A stretch of 61,089 nt of DNA, filler included. It is 7 parts of 7 records of this genome, joined end to end, with 100 filler letters (N's around TTAATTAATTAA, not from the genome) between each part and the next. Parts side by side here need not be neighbours in the genome. Positions count along the whole stretch, not along the records: positions 1 to 8,111 come from SRR31156797_16574; positions 8,212 to 25,441 come from SRR31156797_16578; 5 more parts are not named here. One strand, given 5' to 3'. Positions 1 to 8,494 of this stretch are shown one piece after another. The notes beneath the pieces were generated by a model that had not been told where the DNA came from, searched no databases, and saw only the letters and a program-made list of their open reading frames with translations. A program made the translations under genes and the position numbers. The stretch's first letter is position 1. Each line of letters opens with the position of its first letter.

Positions 1-1
1 G

Positions 2-238
2 GATGACATATCTGGATCATGCCCGGAGCTCCAGGAAGCCCTTGAGAACATCAACACCCTGAAAGGCCTGTTGCCCATCTGTGCAAACTGTAAAAAAATC
101 CGTGATGATAAAGGGTATTGGAACCAGATGGAAGGATTTATTCAGGCCCATCCAGACGCCGTATTCAGCCATGGAATCTGTCCGGAATACGCCCAAAAAC
201 TCTATGGCAATCAGGATTGGTATAAGAAAAAAAAATAA
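2..238 (+). CDS. 5'-truncated signalling protein ending in the deltaproteobacterial C-terminal Cys/His domain (LxGLLPICxxCKKIR...SHGICP)
   Basis: Translated by hand in frame 2, which the ORF track lacks: ...ELQEALENINTLKGLLPICANCKKIRDDKGYWNQMEGFIQAHPDAVFSHGICPEYAQKLYG..., stop TAA at 236-238. Confidence 0.8.
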   Translation, partial: DDISGSCPELQEALENINTLKGLLPICANCKKIRDDKGYWNQMEGFIQAHPDAVFSHGICPEYAQKLYGNQDWYKKKK

Positions 239-298
239 ATTATGTAACAACATGTATAAAGCGAACGCCAATTAAAAGACGAACAAGATTTTGAAAGG

Positions 299-802
299 AT
301 GATAAAGATGAAAACCAGGCATTATTCCCGAATAATTGAAATGACCTTTTTAGTCATTGTTTTTCTGGCTCCCACCCCCCTGCCCGCAAGCGATGGGGGC
401 AGGTTCTCAAAGGGGCAAACGGTTTATGTCCCCGCCTATTCCCATATTTACCACGGTAATAAGGAAACCCCATTGTTGCTGACGGTGACACTCAGTATCA
501 GGAATATCGACCCTGAACGCCGGCTTAAGGTTACCGTGGTGGATTATTACGAAACCCAGGGAAGGCTCCTGAAAAAGTACCTGGACAGGCCCGTTTTTCT
601 TAATCCGTTGGAATCCAAACGCTATATTGTGCCCCAGAAAGAAGCCGCAGGGGGCTCTGGTGCCAACTTCATCGTTAGGTGGCAATCAGAAAAAGAGATA
701 AACCCGCCCATCATTGAATCCATAATGATCGGCACCCAATCGACCCAGGGCATTTCCTTCACGTCCAGGGGGCAGGCGATTGCAGAACCAAAGGGGATGT
801 GA
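299..802 (+). CDS. DUF3124 family exported protein
   Basis: Signal-peptide-like N-terminus; GQTVYVPAYSHIY, LSIRN, YYETQG, GGSGANFIVRW, PIIESIMI and GISFTSRG motifs typical of DUF3124. Confidence 0.85.
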   Translation: MIKMKTRHYSRIIEMTFLVIVFLAPTPLPASDGGRFSKGQTVYVPAYSHIYHGNKETPLLLTVTLSIRNIDPERRLKVTVVDYYETQGRLLKKYLDRPVFLNPLESKRYIVPQKEAAGGSGANFIVRWQSEKEINPPIIESIMIGTQSTQGISFTSRGQAIAEPKGM

Positions 803-808
803 AATCAG

Positions 809-1492
809 ATGATTGAATTCATGCTCCATGGGGAAAATCTGCCGTTCATGGTTTCATTGACCATCATGATCATGATCGCCTGCCTGGAGGGGGTCACGAC
901 CATGATCGGCATGGGGCTTTCCAGTATGGTGGAATCATTCATGCCGGATATTGATATTGATGCGGATATCGATGCCGGTCCGGATCATCCGGATATTTCA
1001 GCGACCGGAATCCTGACCAAAACCTTTGGCTGGCTTCGCATCGGCCAGGTGCCTTTTTTAATCATCCTTATCGTTTTTCTGACCGTTTTCGGCCTTGGGG
1101 GACTTTTGATTCAATCCGTTTGCCTTAAGATAACAGGTCATCTGCTGCCCGGCATTGTTGCCTCCGGTATCACCCTCCCGGTGACATTGCCCCCTGTCAG
1201 GGCGATCACCGGCGTCATTGGAAAGATCATGCCAAAGGATGAAACCGAGGCGATCTCGGAAGACAGCTTTATCGGACGGGTTGCCGTCATCACCTTGGGC
1301 AAAGCCACTAAAGACAATCCTGCCCAGGCCAAGTTAAAAGACGAATTCGGAACAAGCCATTATGTGATGGTGGAACCGGACCTGGAAGGGGAAGAGTTCA
1401 CCCAGGGGGATCAGGTCCTGATCGTCAGCCGGACAAGTTCCGGTTACATAGCAATTCAAAACCCGATGGCGGCTTTGCAGGGCATGGAATAG
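809..1492 (+). CDS. yqiJ: YqiJ family (NfeD-like OB-fold) membrane protein
   Basis: TM segments, GWLRIGQVPFLIIL, C-terminal G-x-A...PAQAKLKDEFG..HYVMVEP; directly upstream of a flotillin. Confidence 0.85.
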   Translation: MIEFMLHGENLPFMVSLTIMIMIACLEGVTTMIGMGLSSMVESFMPDIDIDADIDAGPDHPDISATGILTKTFGWLRIGQVPFLIILIVFLTVFGLGGLLIQSVCLKITGHLLPGIVASGITLPVTLPPVRAITGVIGKIMPKDETEAISEDSFIGRVAVITLGKATKDNPAQAKLKDEFGTSHYVMVEPDLEGEEFTQGDQVLIVSRTSSGYIAIQNPMAALQGME

Positions 1493-1537
1493 AAGCCGCG
1501 GGACAAATAAAAACAACGGTTCAAAGGGGAGGAGAGA

Positions 1538-3283
1538 ATGGGAAACATGATGGATATACTGATCATAGCCGGTATCATTCTGGTCGCCTTGATTGCAATG
1601 GTATTAATCTTTGCGAAATTGTACAGACGGGCCACCAAGGAAATTTCATTTGTCAGAACCGGTTTTGGCGGACAAAAGGTGATCATGAATGCCGGCGCCC
1701 TGGTTTTGCCGGTTTTCCATGAAGTGATCCCCGTGAACATGAATACCCTTCGCCTTGAAGTCCAGCGGAATAATGAGCAGGCATTGATCACCCGGGACCG
1801 TATGCGGGTGGATGTGGCTGCGGAATTTTATGTCCGGGCCAAACCCACGGCGGATGCCATTGCAAACGCGGCCCAGACCCTGGGACTCAAAACCATGAAC
1901 CCCGAAGAGCTGAAAAAGCTCGTGGAGGGTAAATTTGTCGATGCGTTGCGGGCGGTGGCCGCCGAAATGGCCATGGAAGAACTCCATGAGCAACGGGTTG
2001 ATTTTGTACAAAAGGTACAGCAGGTTGTCACGGAAGACCTTTTAAAGAACGGTCTTGAGCTGGAAACCGTGTCATTGACGGGACTGGACCAGACAAACAA
2101 AAACCATTTCAATCCGGACAATGCCTTTGATGCCGAGGGATTGACCAAACTGACCGAGAAAATTGAAGAGCGGCGGAAAAAAAGAAATGACATCGAGCAG
2201 GATACGGAAGTCGCCATCGCCAGTAAAAATCTTGAAGCGGAGCGCCAGAAGCTTGAGATCGCAAAGGAAGAAGAGTATGCAAAACTAAAACAGGAAAGGG
2301 AGATTGAAATTCGCCGTGCGGCTCAAATGTCCGAGATTGCCCAGGAACAGGCGGAAAAAAAGCGGGAGGCGGAACAGGCCCAGATCGAATCCCAGAAGAA
2401 TGTGGATATGTCAAGCATCCTGGCGGAGCGCTCGGTTGAAGAAGAACGCATCGAAAAAGACAAGCTGTTGAAAGAGAAAGATATTTTAAAAGAAAGGGCG
2501 ATTGAAAGTTCTGAGATCGAGAAAAAGAAAACCCTGGAACTTGCGGAACAGGATCGGGCCATTGCCATCGCGGAAAAATCAAAAGCCAAGTCGGAAGCCC
2601 AGGCCGAGGCCGACCGGGCCCTGGCCGTCGCCGTCAAGGAGGAAGAGGCGGTCATCACGGTTCGGGATACTGAAATCGCGGAACGTGCCAAGGCCGTTGA
2701 GCTGGTAAAAGCCAGGGAGAATGCCGAACGGGACGCCATTAAAATCAAGATTGCCGCCGAAGCGGATAAGATATCCGCAATGGATCAGGCGGAGGCGGTA
2801 AGGACCACTGCCAATGCGGAAGCGGACAAGCAGCGGATCAAGGCCCAGGGTGAGGCGGAGGCTGAGAAGCTAAAGGCAGAGGCTGCCGAAAAGCGCTATG
2901 CCGTTGATGCTGAAGGTCAAAAGGCGATCAATGAGTCCAGTAATGTTCTGTCGGACCCGCAGATTGCCATGCAGGTTCGAATGGCGCTCATCAAGTACCT
3001 GCCCACGATCATAAAGGAAAGCGTAAAACCCATGGAGAATATCGACGGAATAAAGATTATCCATGTGGACGGCCTGACAGGTGTCAACAATGCCCCCGCG
3101 GATGGCGAACACACGGTTCAAAGTCCCAACAGCCTTTCCGACCAGCTGGTAAACAGCGCCCTTCGATTCAGGGGCCAGGCCCCCCTGATCGATTCATTGA
3201 TGGCGGAGATCGGAATCAAAGCCGGGGATATCAATGGGCTCACCTCGGGGTTAAAAGCCGAAGATGCCGACACCACCGAATAA
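1538..3283 (+). CDS. yqiK: Flotillin/SPFH family protein (YqiK-like)
   Basis: N-terminal TM; FVRTGFGGQKV, ALITRDRMRVDV and NGLELETVSLT SPFH motifs; EA-rich coiled coil; C-terminal KPMENIDGIKII. Confidence 0.93.
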   Translation: MGNMMDILIIAGIILVALIAMVLIFAKLYRRATKEISFVRTGFGGQKVIMNAGALVLPVFHEVIPVNMNTLRLEVQRNNEQALITRDRMRVDVAAEFYVRAKPTADAIANAAQTLGLKTMNPEELKKLVEGKFVDALRAVAAEMAMEELHEQRVDFVQKVQQVVTEDLLKNGLELETVSLTGLDQTNKNHFNPDNAFDAEGLTKLTEKIEERRKKRNDIEQDTEVAIASKNLEAERQKLEIAKEEEYAKLKQEREIEIRRAAQMSEIAQEQAEKKREAEQAQIESQKNVDMSSILAERSVEEERIEKDKLLKEKDILKERAIESSEIEKKKTLELAEQDRAIAIAEKSKAKSEAQAEADRALAVAVKEEEAVITVRDTEIAERAKAVELVKARENAERDAIKIKIAAEADKISAMDQAEAVRTTANAEADKQRIKAQGEAEAEKLKAEAAEKRYAVDAEGQKAINESSNVLSDPQIAMQVRMALIKYLPTIIKESVKPMENIDGIKIIHVDGLTGVNNAPADGEHTVQSPNSLSDQLVNSALRFRGQAPLIDSLMAEIGIKAGDINGLTSGLKAEDADTTE

Positions 3284-3289
3284 TTTGTC

Positions 3290-3326
3290 GCCTGGGCCTC
3301 TGCCCCACGGGGGAAGAGGCCCAGGC
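3290..3326. terminator. GC-rich hairpin between convergent genes (probable terminator)
   Basis: GCCTGGGCCTCT ... AGAGGCCCAGGC 12-bp inverted repeat between the flotillin stop and the receptor stop; no clear U-tract. Confidence 0.55.
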
Positions 3327-3358
3327 TCCGGCCATGGCAGGACGCTAAGGCAATCCTG

Positions 3359-5521
3359 TTAAAAGACGTATTTCGCTCCAATGAACCAGGTTCGGCCAAA
3401 GGCCGGCTGCACGCTTTTGGAAGAAGATCCGCTGTTGACGTAATGGTAGTAGGTCTCATCAAAAAGGTTGTTGACGCCTCCGTGGAGGATCAGGCCGTTG
3501 TCCAGGGTGTATCGAAGTTTCAGGTCCGTGGTGGCGTAGCTTTTGACCAGGGACTCTTCGGGTTTTTCCGCCTCGTTGAAATAGTTGGCGTACCCGCCGG
3601 TGTACTTGTACTTAACGCCTACCGCAAAATGGGGCGTCACCTCGTAATCGGCTGTAAGAACCACCTTGTGCTCGGGCACTTTCTGGAGACCGCTGTCGCT
3701 CCAGTCTATCTGCTTGCCTGAGTCTATGAGGGCGAGGCCTTTGCTGTTGTACTCGGTCTTTCCCATGCTCCAGCAATAACTCTCCGACAGCTTCAAAGGA
3801 CCCAGAACCTGCTCGGCGGTCAGGTCGATGCCGTAACGTTTCGTCTCAAGCAGGTTCAACGTCTTCTTGTCTCTTTTCCATTTACTCCCGGACAGGTCGC
3901 TTGAGACATAAACCCGGGTGAGCTCGTTGTCCGTGGTGGTAACGTAGGCCGTGGCCGACAGGAACGTATTGAAAAGATAATCTCTCATGCCGATTTCATA
4001 GGTATTGTAGATCTCATCCTCTGCTTCGGTGGGGCAATACAGCTTTTGTTTGGCGTCCACATAAACATCATCGGTCATCTGGATGCCGTCCGGGGTGGTA
4101 AACCCCCTTTCGTAACGGGCGAAAATACGGCCTGTGTCGGAGTACAGATATGCCGAGGAAAGTTCCCAGGCTTCATTGCGCCGCTCGCTGGTAAACTTTT
4201 TTGAGGTGCCGACATATTTAGTTCCCCCGCCTTCCGGCTTGGTGGTGATCCAGTCCGTGAGATCCAGGCGAATCCCCTGGGTGAATTCAAAATTGCCCAG
4301 CCTGTTTTTGTTGTGAAGAAAAAGGGCCTGGATCTCCTTCTTATATTCAAAGGAATCCCGGGTGTTTTGCCTGAACTTGGGAACGGTAAGGGTGGCTTCC
4401 TGGTCGATACGGTCGATGCCCGCAAGAAGGTTGTGGTTCGGCTTATACCGCCAGTTCAGTTTCAATTTGGCCCCAAGGGTGTCGTAATCCATGTCCTTGT
4501 CTTCATAGTGGGAATTCCGGTAGGTTCCTTCCTGGTAAACAAGGTCGGTCATGAGGGTCAGTTCAGGGGTAAAGGAAATGCTGTGGGACGCCTTGAGGCC
4601 CGTGGAGTTCCTGTCACTCTCATTGTAGCGCCTTTTGGTTTCGTAGATGTATTCTCCTTTTTCCTGATCATACCCCACCGTGACCCGGGTTTCGTCCGGG
4701 ACGTAATCCTCCCCGTATTTTTTCAGGTCGTCCAGGCTGACGTTGAAGACATATTTTCCCTCCTCCTCGTAATGGGAGTATTTGAAGGAAAGCCTCTGTT
4801 TGTCAGTCAGCTCCAGGCCGCCCCCAAAGCCGAAATAATCCCCTTTCTTGAAGGTGTCTTTAAAGTAAAGATCTGTATTGTCCCCCGAGTAGCTGGCCTG
4901 GAGCACCAGCCTGTCGGTGGCCCGGATTCCCAGGTTGGCGAAGTAGCGTTGCTTGTTCTCGGATTCGAACTCGTACCCCAGGGAACTTTTGGGGGTTTTC
5001 ATTCCCTTCAGGTTGGTGGTGATGTTGATCACCCCGCCGGCGGTACCACTGCCGTAAAGAACCGCCCCCCCGCCCTCGATGATTTCGATCTTTTCAATCT
5101 GATCCACGGGAATAATGTTGTAATCGGTTTTGTAGGGGTGCTGGGTCAAAATACCGATGGGTGCGCCATCCGCCATGATCTGAATGTTCCGGCCCGCGGT
5201 CCGGCTTCCCTGGCCGCGAATGTCGATCTCGCCGTAACCTGTTTTGGAGACATTGATACCCGGCACATCGTCCAGGGCTTCGGAAAGGTTTTCATACCCC
5301 TTGGCTTCAATGTCTTCCTTTGTGATCACCTTGATATTCTTGGTGCTGCTGATGGCTTCGATTTCAATGTAATCCGCGGTCACGGTGATCTCATCGAGCC
5401 GGACCTCCGGGGCCGCGGTTTTGCCTGGTTGCTTTTGCTTGTCGCCATCGAGGGCAAACGCCCCGGGTGAAAAAGAAAAACCGGCAAGAATGCCGGCAAT
5501 CAGAACGGTCTTGAACTTCAT
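3359..5521 (-). CDS. TonB-dependent outer-membrane receptor
   Basis: Signal peptide, TonB box DEITVTA, plug motif IEKIEIIEGGGAVLYGSGTAGGVINITT, C-terminal GVNNLFDETY...GAKYVF. Confidence 0.93.
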   Translation of the reverse strand: MKFKTVLIAGILAGFSFSPGAFALDGDKQKQPGKTAAPEVRLDEITVTADYIEIEAISSTKNIKVITKEDIEAKGYENLSEALDDVPGINVSKTGYGEIDIRGQGSRTAGRNIQIMADGAPIGILTQHPYKTDYNIIPVDQIEKIEIIEGGGAVLYGSGTAGGVINITTNLKGMKTPKSSLGYEFESENKQRYFANLGIRATDRLVLQASYSGDNTDLYFKDTFKKGDYFGFGGGLELTDKQRLSFKYSHYEEEGKYVFNVSLDDLKKYGEDYVPDETRVTVGYDQEKGEYIYETKRRYNESDRNSTGLKASHSISFTPELTLMTDLVYQEGTYRNSHYEDKDMDYDTLGAKLKLNWRYKPNHNLLAGIDRIDQEATLTVPKFRQNTRDSFEYKKEIQALFLHNKNRLGNFEFTQGIRLDLTDWITTKPEGGGTKYVGTSKKFTSERRNEAWELSSAYLYSDTGRIFARYERGFTTPDGIQMTDDVYVDAKQKLYCPTEAEDEIYNTYEIGMRDYLFNTFLSATAYVTTTDNELTRVYVSSDLSGSKWKRDKKTLNLLETKRYGIDLTAEQVLGPLKLSESYCWSMGKTEYNSKGLALIDSGKQIDWSDSGLQKVPEHKVVLTADYEVTPHFAVGVKYKYTGGYANYFNEAEKPEESLVKSYATTDLKLRYTLDNGLILHGGVNNLFDETYYHYVNSGSSSKSVQPAFGRTWFIGAKYVF

Positions 5522-5560
5522 CTAATCATCTACTCCAAAAATAAAATGCATTATGGGACG

Positions 5561-5586
5561 GGTGGGATGACCTGCATCATCCCACC
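5561..5586. other. Intergenic 10-bp-stem hairpin between the two receptor genes
   Basis: GGTGGGATGA-CCTGCA-TCATCCCACC perfect stem; no immediate U-tract in the transcribed (minus) direction, so possibly an mRNA-stability element. Confidence 0.5.
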
Positions 5587-5592
5587 ATGGTT

Positions 5593-7461
5593 CTAATAGG
5601 TCAGTCTTATGCCTCCGAAGAATTCGGTTCCGTCTATGTCATATTCATCTTCAATGTTCTTTTTGTCGAAAATATTGTCCACACGGGCAAAGAGCTGGCA
5701 ATGTTTACCCACCGGACGGGTGAATGCAATGTTGACAATTTCATAATCATCGATGCGTACCACCGGAGATTTTGAACTTTCCTGGTAATCTCTTTTTCCC
5801 ACATATTCTCCGTTCAGGTTGACGTTCAGGTCAAGGGCCTCGATCAGCCAGTTGATACTGGCCGTGGCCCGGTGGTCCGGCCGTTCAAGGAGCCGGTCGC
5901 CGGTGGCTTTGTTCTCCGTATCAAGCCAGGTATAGCCCAGTTCCGCCGTCAGGTTTTCCGAAATCCTGCCTGACAGGGAAAATTCAATCCCCTTTGTGAC
6001 GGCCTCGTCCACATTTTCAAAATACATGTCAAACCTGGGACGGCCGTGGCCCCGTGTGATTTCCTGGCGGTCAGTGATCAGATTATCAATATCGTTCCGG
6101 AACCAGGACACCTTTGTCATGATGTTTTCCGAAACATTGTATTCAATACCGGCCTGCCAGTTCACCGATTCTTCAGGATCAAGGTCCGGGTTGGCATGCC
6201 AGTTCCATGGCCCCATTTTCCAGCCGTCGGCATACAATTTCGTCATGGAGGGCGCGCGGAAAGCGGTTCCCACGGACCCCCGGAATTTCAGTTTATCCGT
6301 TGCCCGAAAAAGAACACTTGCCTTTGGATTGGTTTGGGTTCCCCACTCTTCATGCTTGTCCGTCCTGACCCCCAGCACCACCACAAAGGGATCCAGGTCG
6401 ATTTCATCCTGCAGAAACAGGCTGTGGATATCCTGGGAGTTGCTGGTGTAATTTTTAATTTTGTCTTCCACCTTTTCCCGGTTGTATTCATAACCGGCCG
6501 TCAGGTTCTGGTTGTTCATTATCAAGCGGGTGTAATTCAACTCCGCCTGGACCGAATCGGTTCGGGTGTCCGTTGAACGGTTGGCTGTCCGGTGGTCATG
6601 GCTGAACACCCCTCCCCTTGCCACCAGCCTTGATTTATCATCCGGTTTGAGGGAAAATTCCGAGTTGAGTCCTGTCCGCTCCTGGGTGCGCGCCTGGTCG
6701 ATACCCTTTTCATCATCATAGTCCCGGCCGTCCTTTTTGGAATAAAACGGCTTGACATGGAGGGACGCGTCCCCGGTAAAGTCATACCCGATATCTCCCT
6801 GGACAACATGCTGGGTATATTTGTCTTCTATTTCGTTGAGCCCGTCGCTTGTGCTGTAAGTATAATTGACATTTCCGCCGATTTTGCCATGTTTCATCCC
6901 GGCGCTTGCCTCGTGCACCTGGGAGTTATGGCTGCCGAATCCCGCGGACGCCGACGCATAGGGTTTGTCCGGCGCCGTTTTCGTGATGATATTGATGACA
7001 CCGCCCATGGCATCGCTTCCGTAGAGGGCCGACCCCGAGCCTTTCACCACTTCTATTCTCTCTATCATTTCCACGGAATAAGCCGAAATATCCACGCCCC
7101 CGTGGCCGCCCAGGACCCTTTGTCCATCAACAAGGATCAGGGTCTTGTTTGAGCCAAGGCCCATGAGTTCGACATTACCGCCGTTTCCCCAGCTCCCGGA
7201 ATCTTCGACGATTCGTATTCCGGTCAGGTTTCTCAGGGCGTCCTGCACGGTTTTAATGTTCTTCTGCTTCATTTCAACGGCCGTAATGACATCGGCGTTG
7301 ACAGGTACCGAACCAAGGGAGTGCTCGGTTTTTGTTGCGCTGATAATGATTTTGTCCCCATGGACACTGGGGTTTTCTTCCGCTTGTGCACCGGGAACAG
7401 GCAGGGTGAAAAGCATTGCAGCCGTGAGGACTGCAAAATGAGAGGTCAGTTTTTTGTTCAT
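5593..7461 (-). CDS. TonB-dependent receptor (CirA/BtuB/heme-receptor-like)
   Basis: Signal peptide, plug motif IERIEVVKGSGSALYGSDAMGGVINIITK, FRAP...NPDL motifs, C-terminal VDNIFD...GIRLTY. Confidence 0.93.
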   Translation of the reverse strand: MNKKLTSHFAVLTAAMLFTLPVPGAQAEENPSVHGDKIIISATKTEHSLGSVPVNADVITAVEMKQKNIKTVQDALRNLTGIRIVEDSGSWGNGGNVELMGLGSNKTLILVDGQRVLGGHGGVDISAYSVEMIERIEVVKGSGSALYGSDAMGGVINIITKTAPDKPYASASAGFGSHNSQVHEASAGMKHGKIGGNVNYTYSTSDGLNEIEDKYTQHVVQGDIGYDFTGDASLHVKPFYSKKDGRDYDDEKGIDQARTQERTGLNSEFSLKPDDKSRLVARGGVFSHDHRTANRSTDTRTDSVQAELNYTRLIMNNQNLTAGYEYNREKVEDKIKNYTSNSQDIHSLFLQDEIDLDPFVVVLGVRTDKHEEWGTQTNPKASVLFRATDKLKFRGSVGTAFRAPSMTKLYADGWKMGPWNWHANPDLDPEESVNWQAGIEYNVSENIMTKVSWFRNDIDNLITDRQEITRGHGRPRFDMYFENVDEAVTKGIEFSLSGRISENLTAELGYTWLDTENKATGDRLLERPDHRATASINWLIEALDLNVNLNGEYVGKRDYQESSKSPVVRIDDYEIVNIAFTRPVGKHCQLFARVDNIFDKKNIEDEYDIDGTEFFGGIRLTY

Positions 7462-7491
7462 CAGATTCTCCTGGGATTAAAATAGATCATG

Positions 7492-7983
7492 CTACCCAAG
7501 GGGGGCGACCCTTGTTATTTCCATTTTGATAACGCTATACTTTGAATTTTTGGTGTTTTCCGGACCGGAAGGCTGAATCAATTTCAGATGGAGCCTGGCG
7601 CCTCGATGTTTCATTTCTTTATCCAGGGAGTCCCCGTCATACTTGTACACCGTCAGGACCGCACGTTTCGTTCGTTCAATATTGATACAGGTCTGGTTCC
7701 GGGCCATGCCGAACTTCAGTATCCTGTCGGATTCGACACCGGGGATGATGACCGCGGCATTGGGGCTTCCATCCGGGTTCACGGTCGAGAGGACAAACCC
7801 GGCGGATTTCTCCTTGATGACGGTCATCAGCCCGTCACCGGTAAGGGACCCTTTTTCATAATAGTTCCTGGTTGAAGCCCCCGATATGCCATCAACACGC
7901 ATCTCGTTTTCAATATCCTTTGAAAATGCGTTCATGCTGAGGAAAAATAGGGTTATGGTGACAAAGAAAATTTGCTTTTTCAT
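7492..7983 (-). CDS. Exported pyridoxamine-5'-phosphate-oxidase-like (FMN-binding split-barrel) protein with a flavinylation motif
   Basis: Signal peptide MKKQ...NAFS; DGISGAS at residues 31-37; VLSTVNPDGSPNAA and NQTCINIERTKRAVL resemble PNPOx-family motifs. Confidence 0.7.
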   Translation of the reverse strand: MKKQIFFVTITLFFLSMNAFSKDIENEMRVDGISGASTRNYYEKGSLTGDGLMTVIKEKSAGFVLSTVNPDGSPNAAVIIPGVESDRILKFGMARNQTCINIERTKRAVLTVYKYDGDSLDKEMKHRGARLHLKLIQPSGPENTKNSKYSVIKMEITRVAPLG

Positions 7984-8016
7984 TTTTGAATTCCTTAAAA
8001 TACCGTTTTTATTATG

Positions 8017-8109
8017 TCATGCGGACAGGAGTATCCGTATTCCCATGAAGGCGATCACGCTTCCGTTGATATAGCGAATGACATTCCTGTTTTCAGGAAT
8101 TTTTTCAGC
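8017..8109 (-). CDS. C-terminal fragment of a membrane protein (contig edge)
   Basis: Hand translation AEKIPENRNVIRYINGSVIAFMGIRILLSA*, ending in a TM helix; family not assignable. Confidence 0.5.
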   Translation of the reverse strand, partial: AEKIPENRNVIRYINGSVIAFMGIRILLSA

Positions 8110-8111
8110 AA

Positions 8112-8211
8112 NNNNNNNNNNNNNNNNNNNNNNNNNNNNNNNNNNNNNNNNNNNNTTAATTAATTAANNNNNNNNNNNNNNNNNNNNNNNNNNNNNNNNN
8201 NNNNNNNNNNN
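8112..8211. other. Artificial contig spacer
   Basis: 100-nt N run containing TTAATTAATTAA (stops in all six frames). Confidence 0.98.
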
Positions 8212-8212
8212 C

Positions 8213-8473
8213 ATGATGTCTGACCTTCGTGAGTCCGGCGCTATTGAGCAGGACGCCGATATCATCATTTTTCTCTACCGTGATGCCGCATACAACAAGA
8301 GTGAAGACAACCCGCTCAAAAACCACTGCGAAATCATCATCGGCAAACAACGTAACGGCCCCACTGGCCGCTGCGAACTTTTTTTCCAAAAAGAGTTCAC
8401 CGCTTTCGAGAACATGGACGCCACTGTATATCCGTCCGAACTTCCCGAAGGATTCCACGAAGACAACAATTAA
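8213..8473 (+). CDS. dnaB: Replicative DNA helicase DnaB, C-terminal fragment
   Basis: SDLRESGAIEQDADIIIFLYRD and IIGKQRNGPTG motifs. Confidence 0.95.
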   Translation: MMSDLRESGAIEQDADIIIFLYRDAAYNKSEDNPLKNHCEIIIGKQRNGPTGRCELFFQKEFTAFENMDATVYPSELPEGFHEDNN

Positions 8474-8494
8474 TCTCAACCACAAGCGAACGCC

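Noticed and set aside
4313-5470. 385-aa plus-strand ORF
   Set aside because: Antisense shadow of the TonB receptor with no motifs. The same applies to 17609-18346, 32740-33735, 50385-51203 and 52659-53486.
7462-8016. Cobalamin riboswitch or Fur box upstream of the receptors
   Set aside because: The intergenic gaps are only about 30 bp and show no such motif; the operon promoter probably lies beyond the contig edge.
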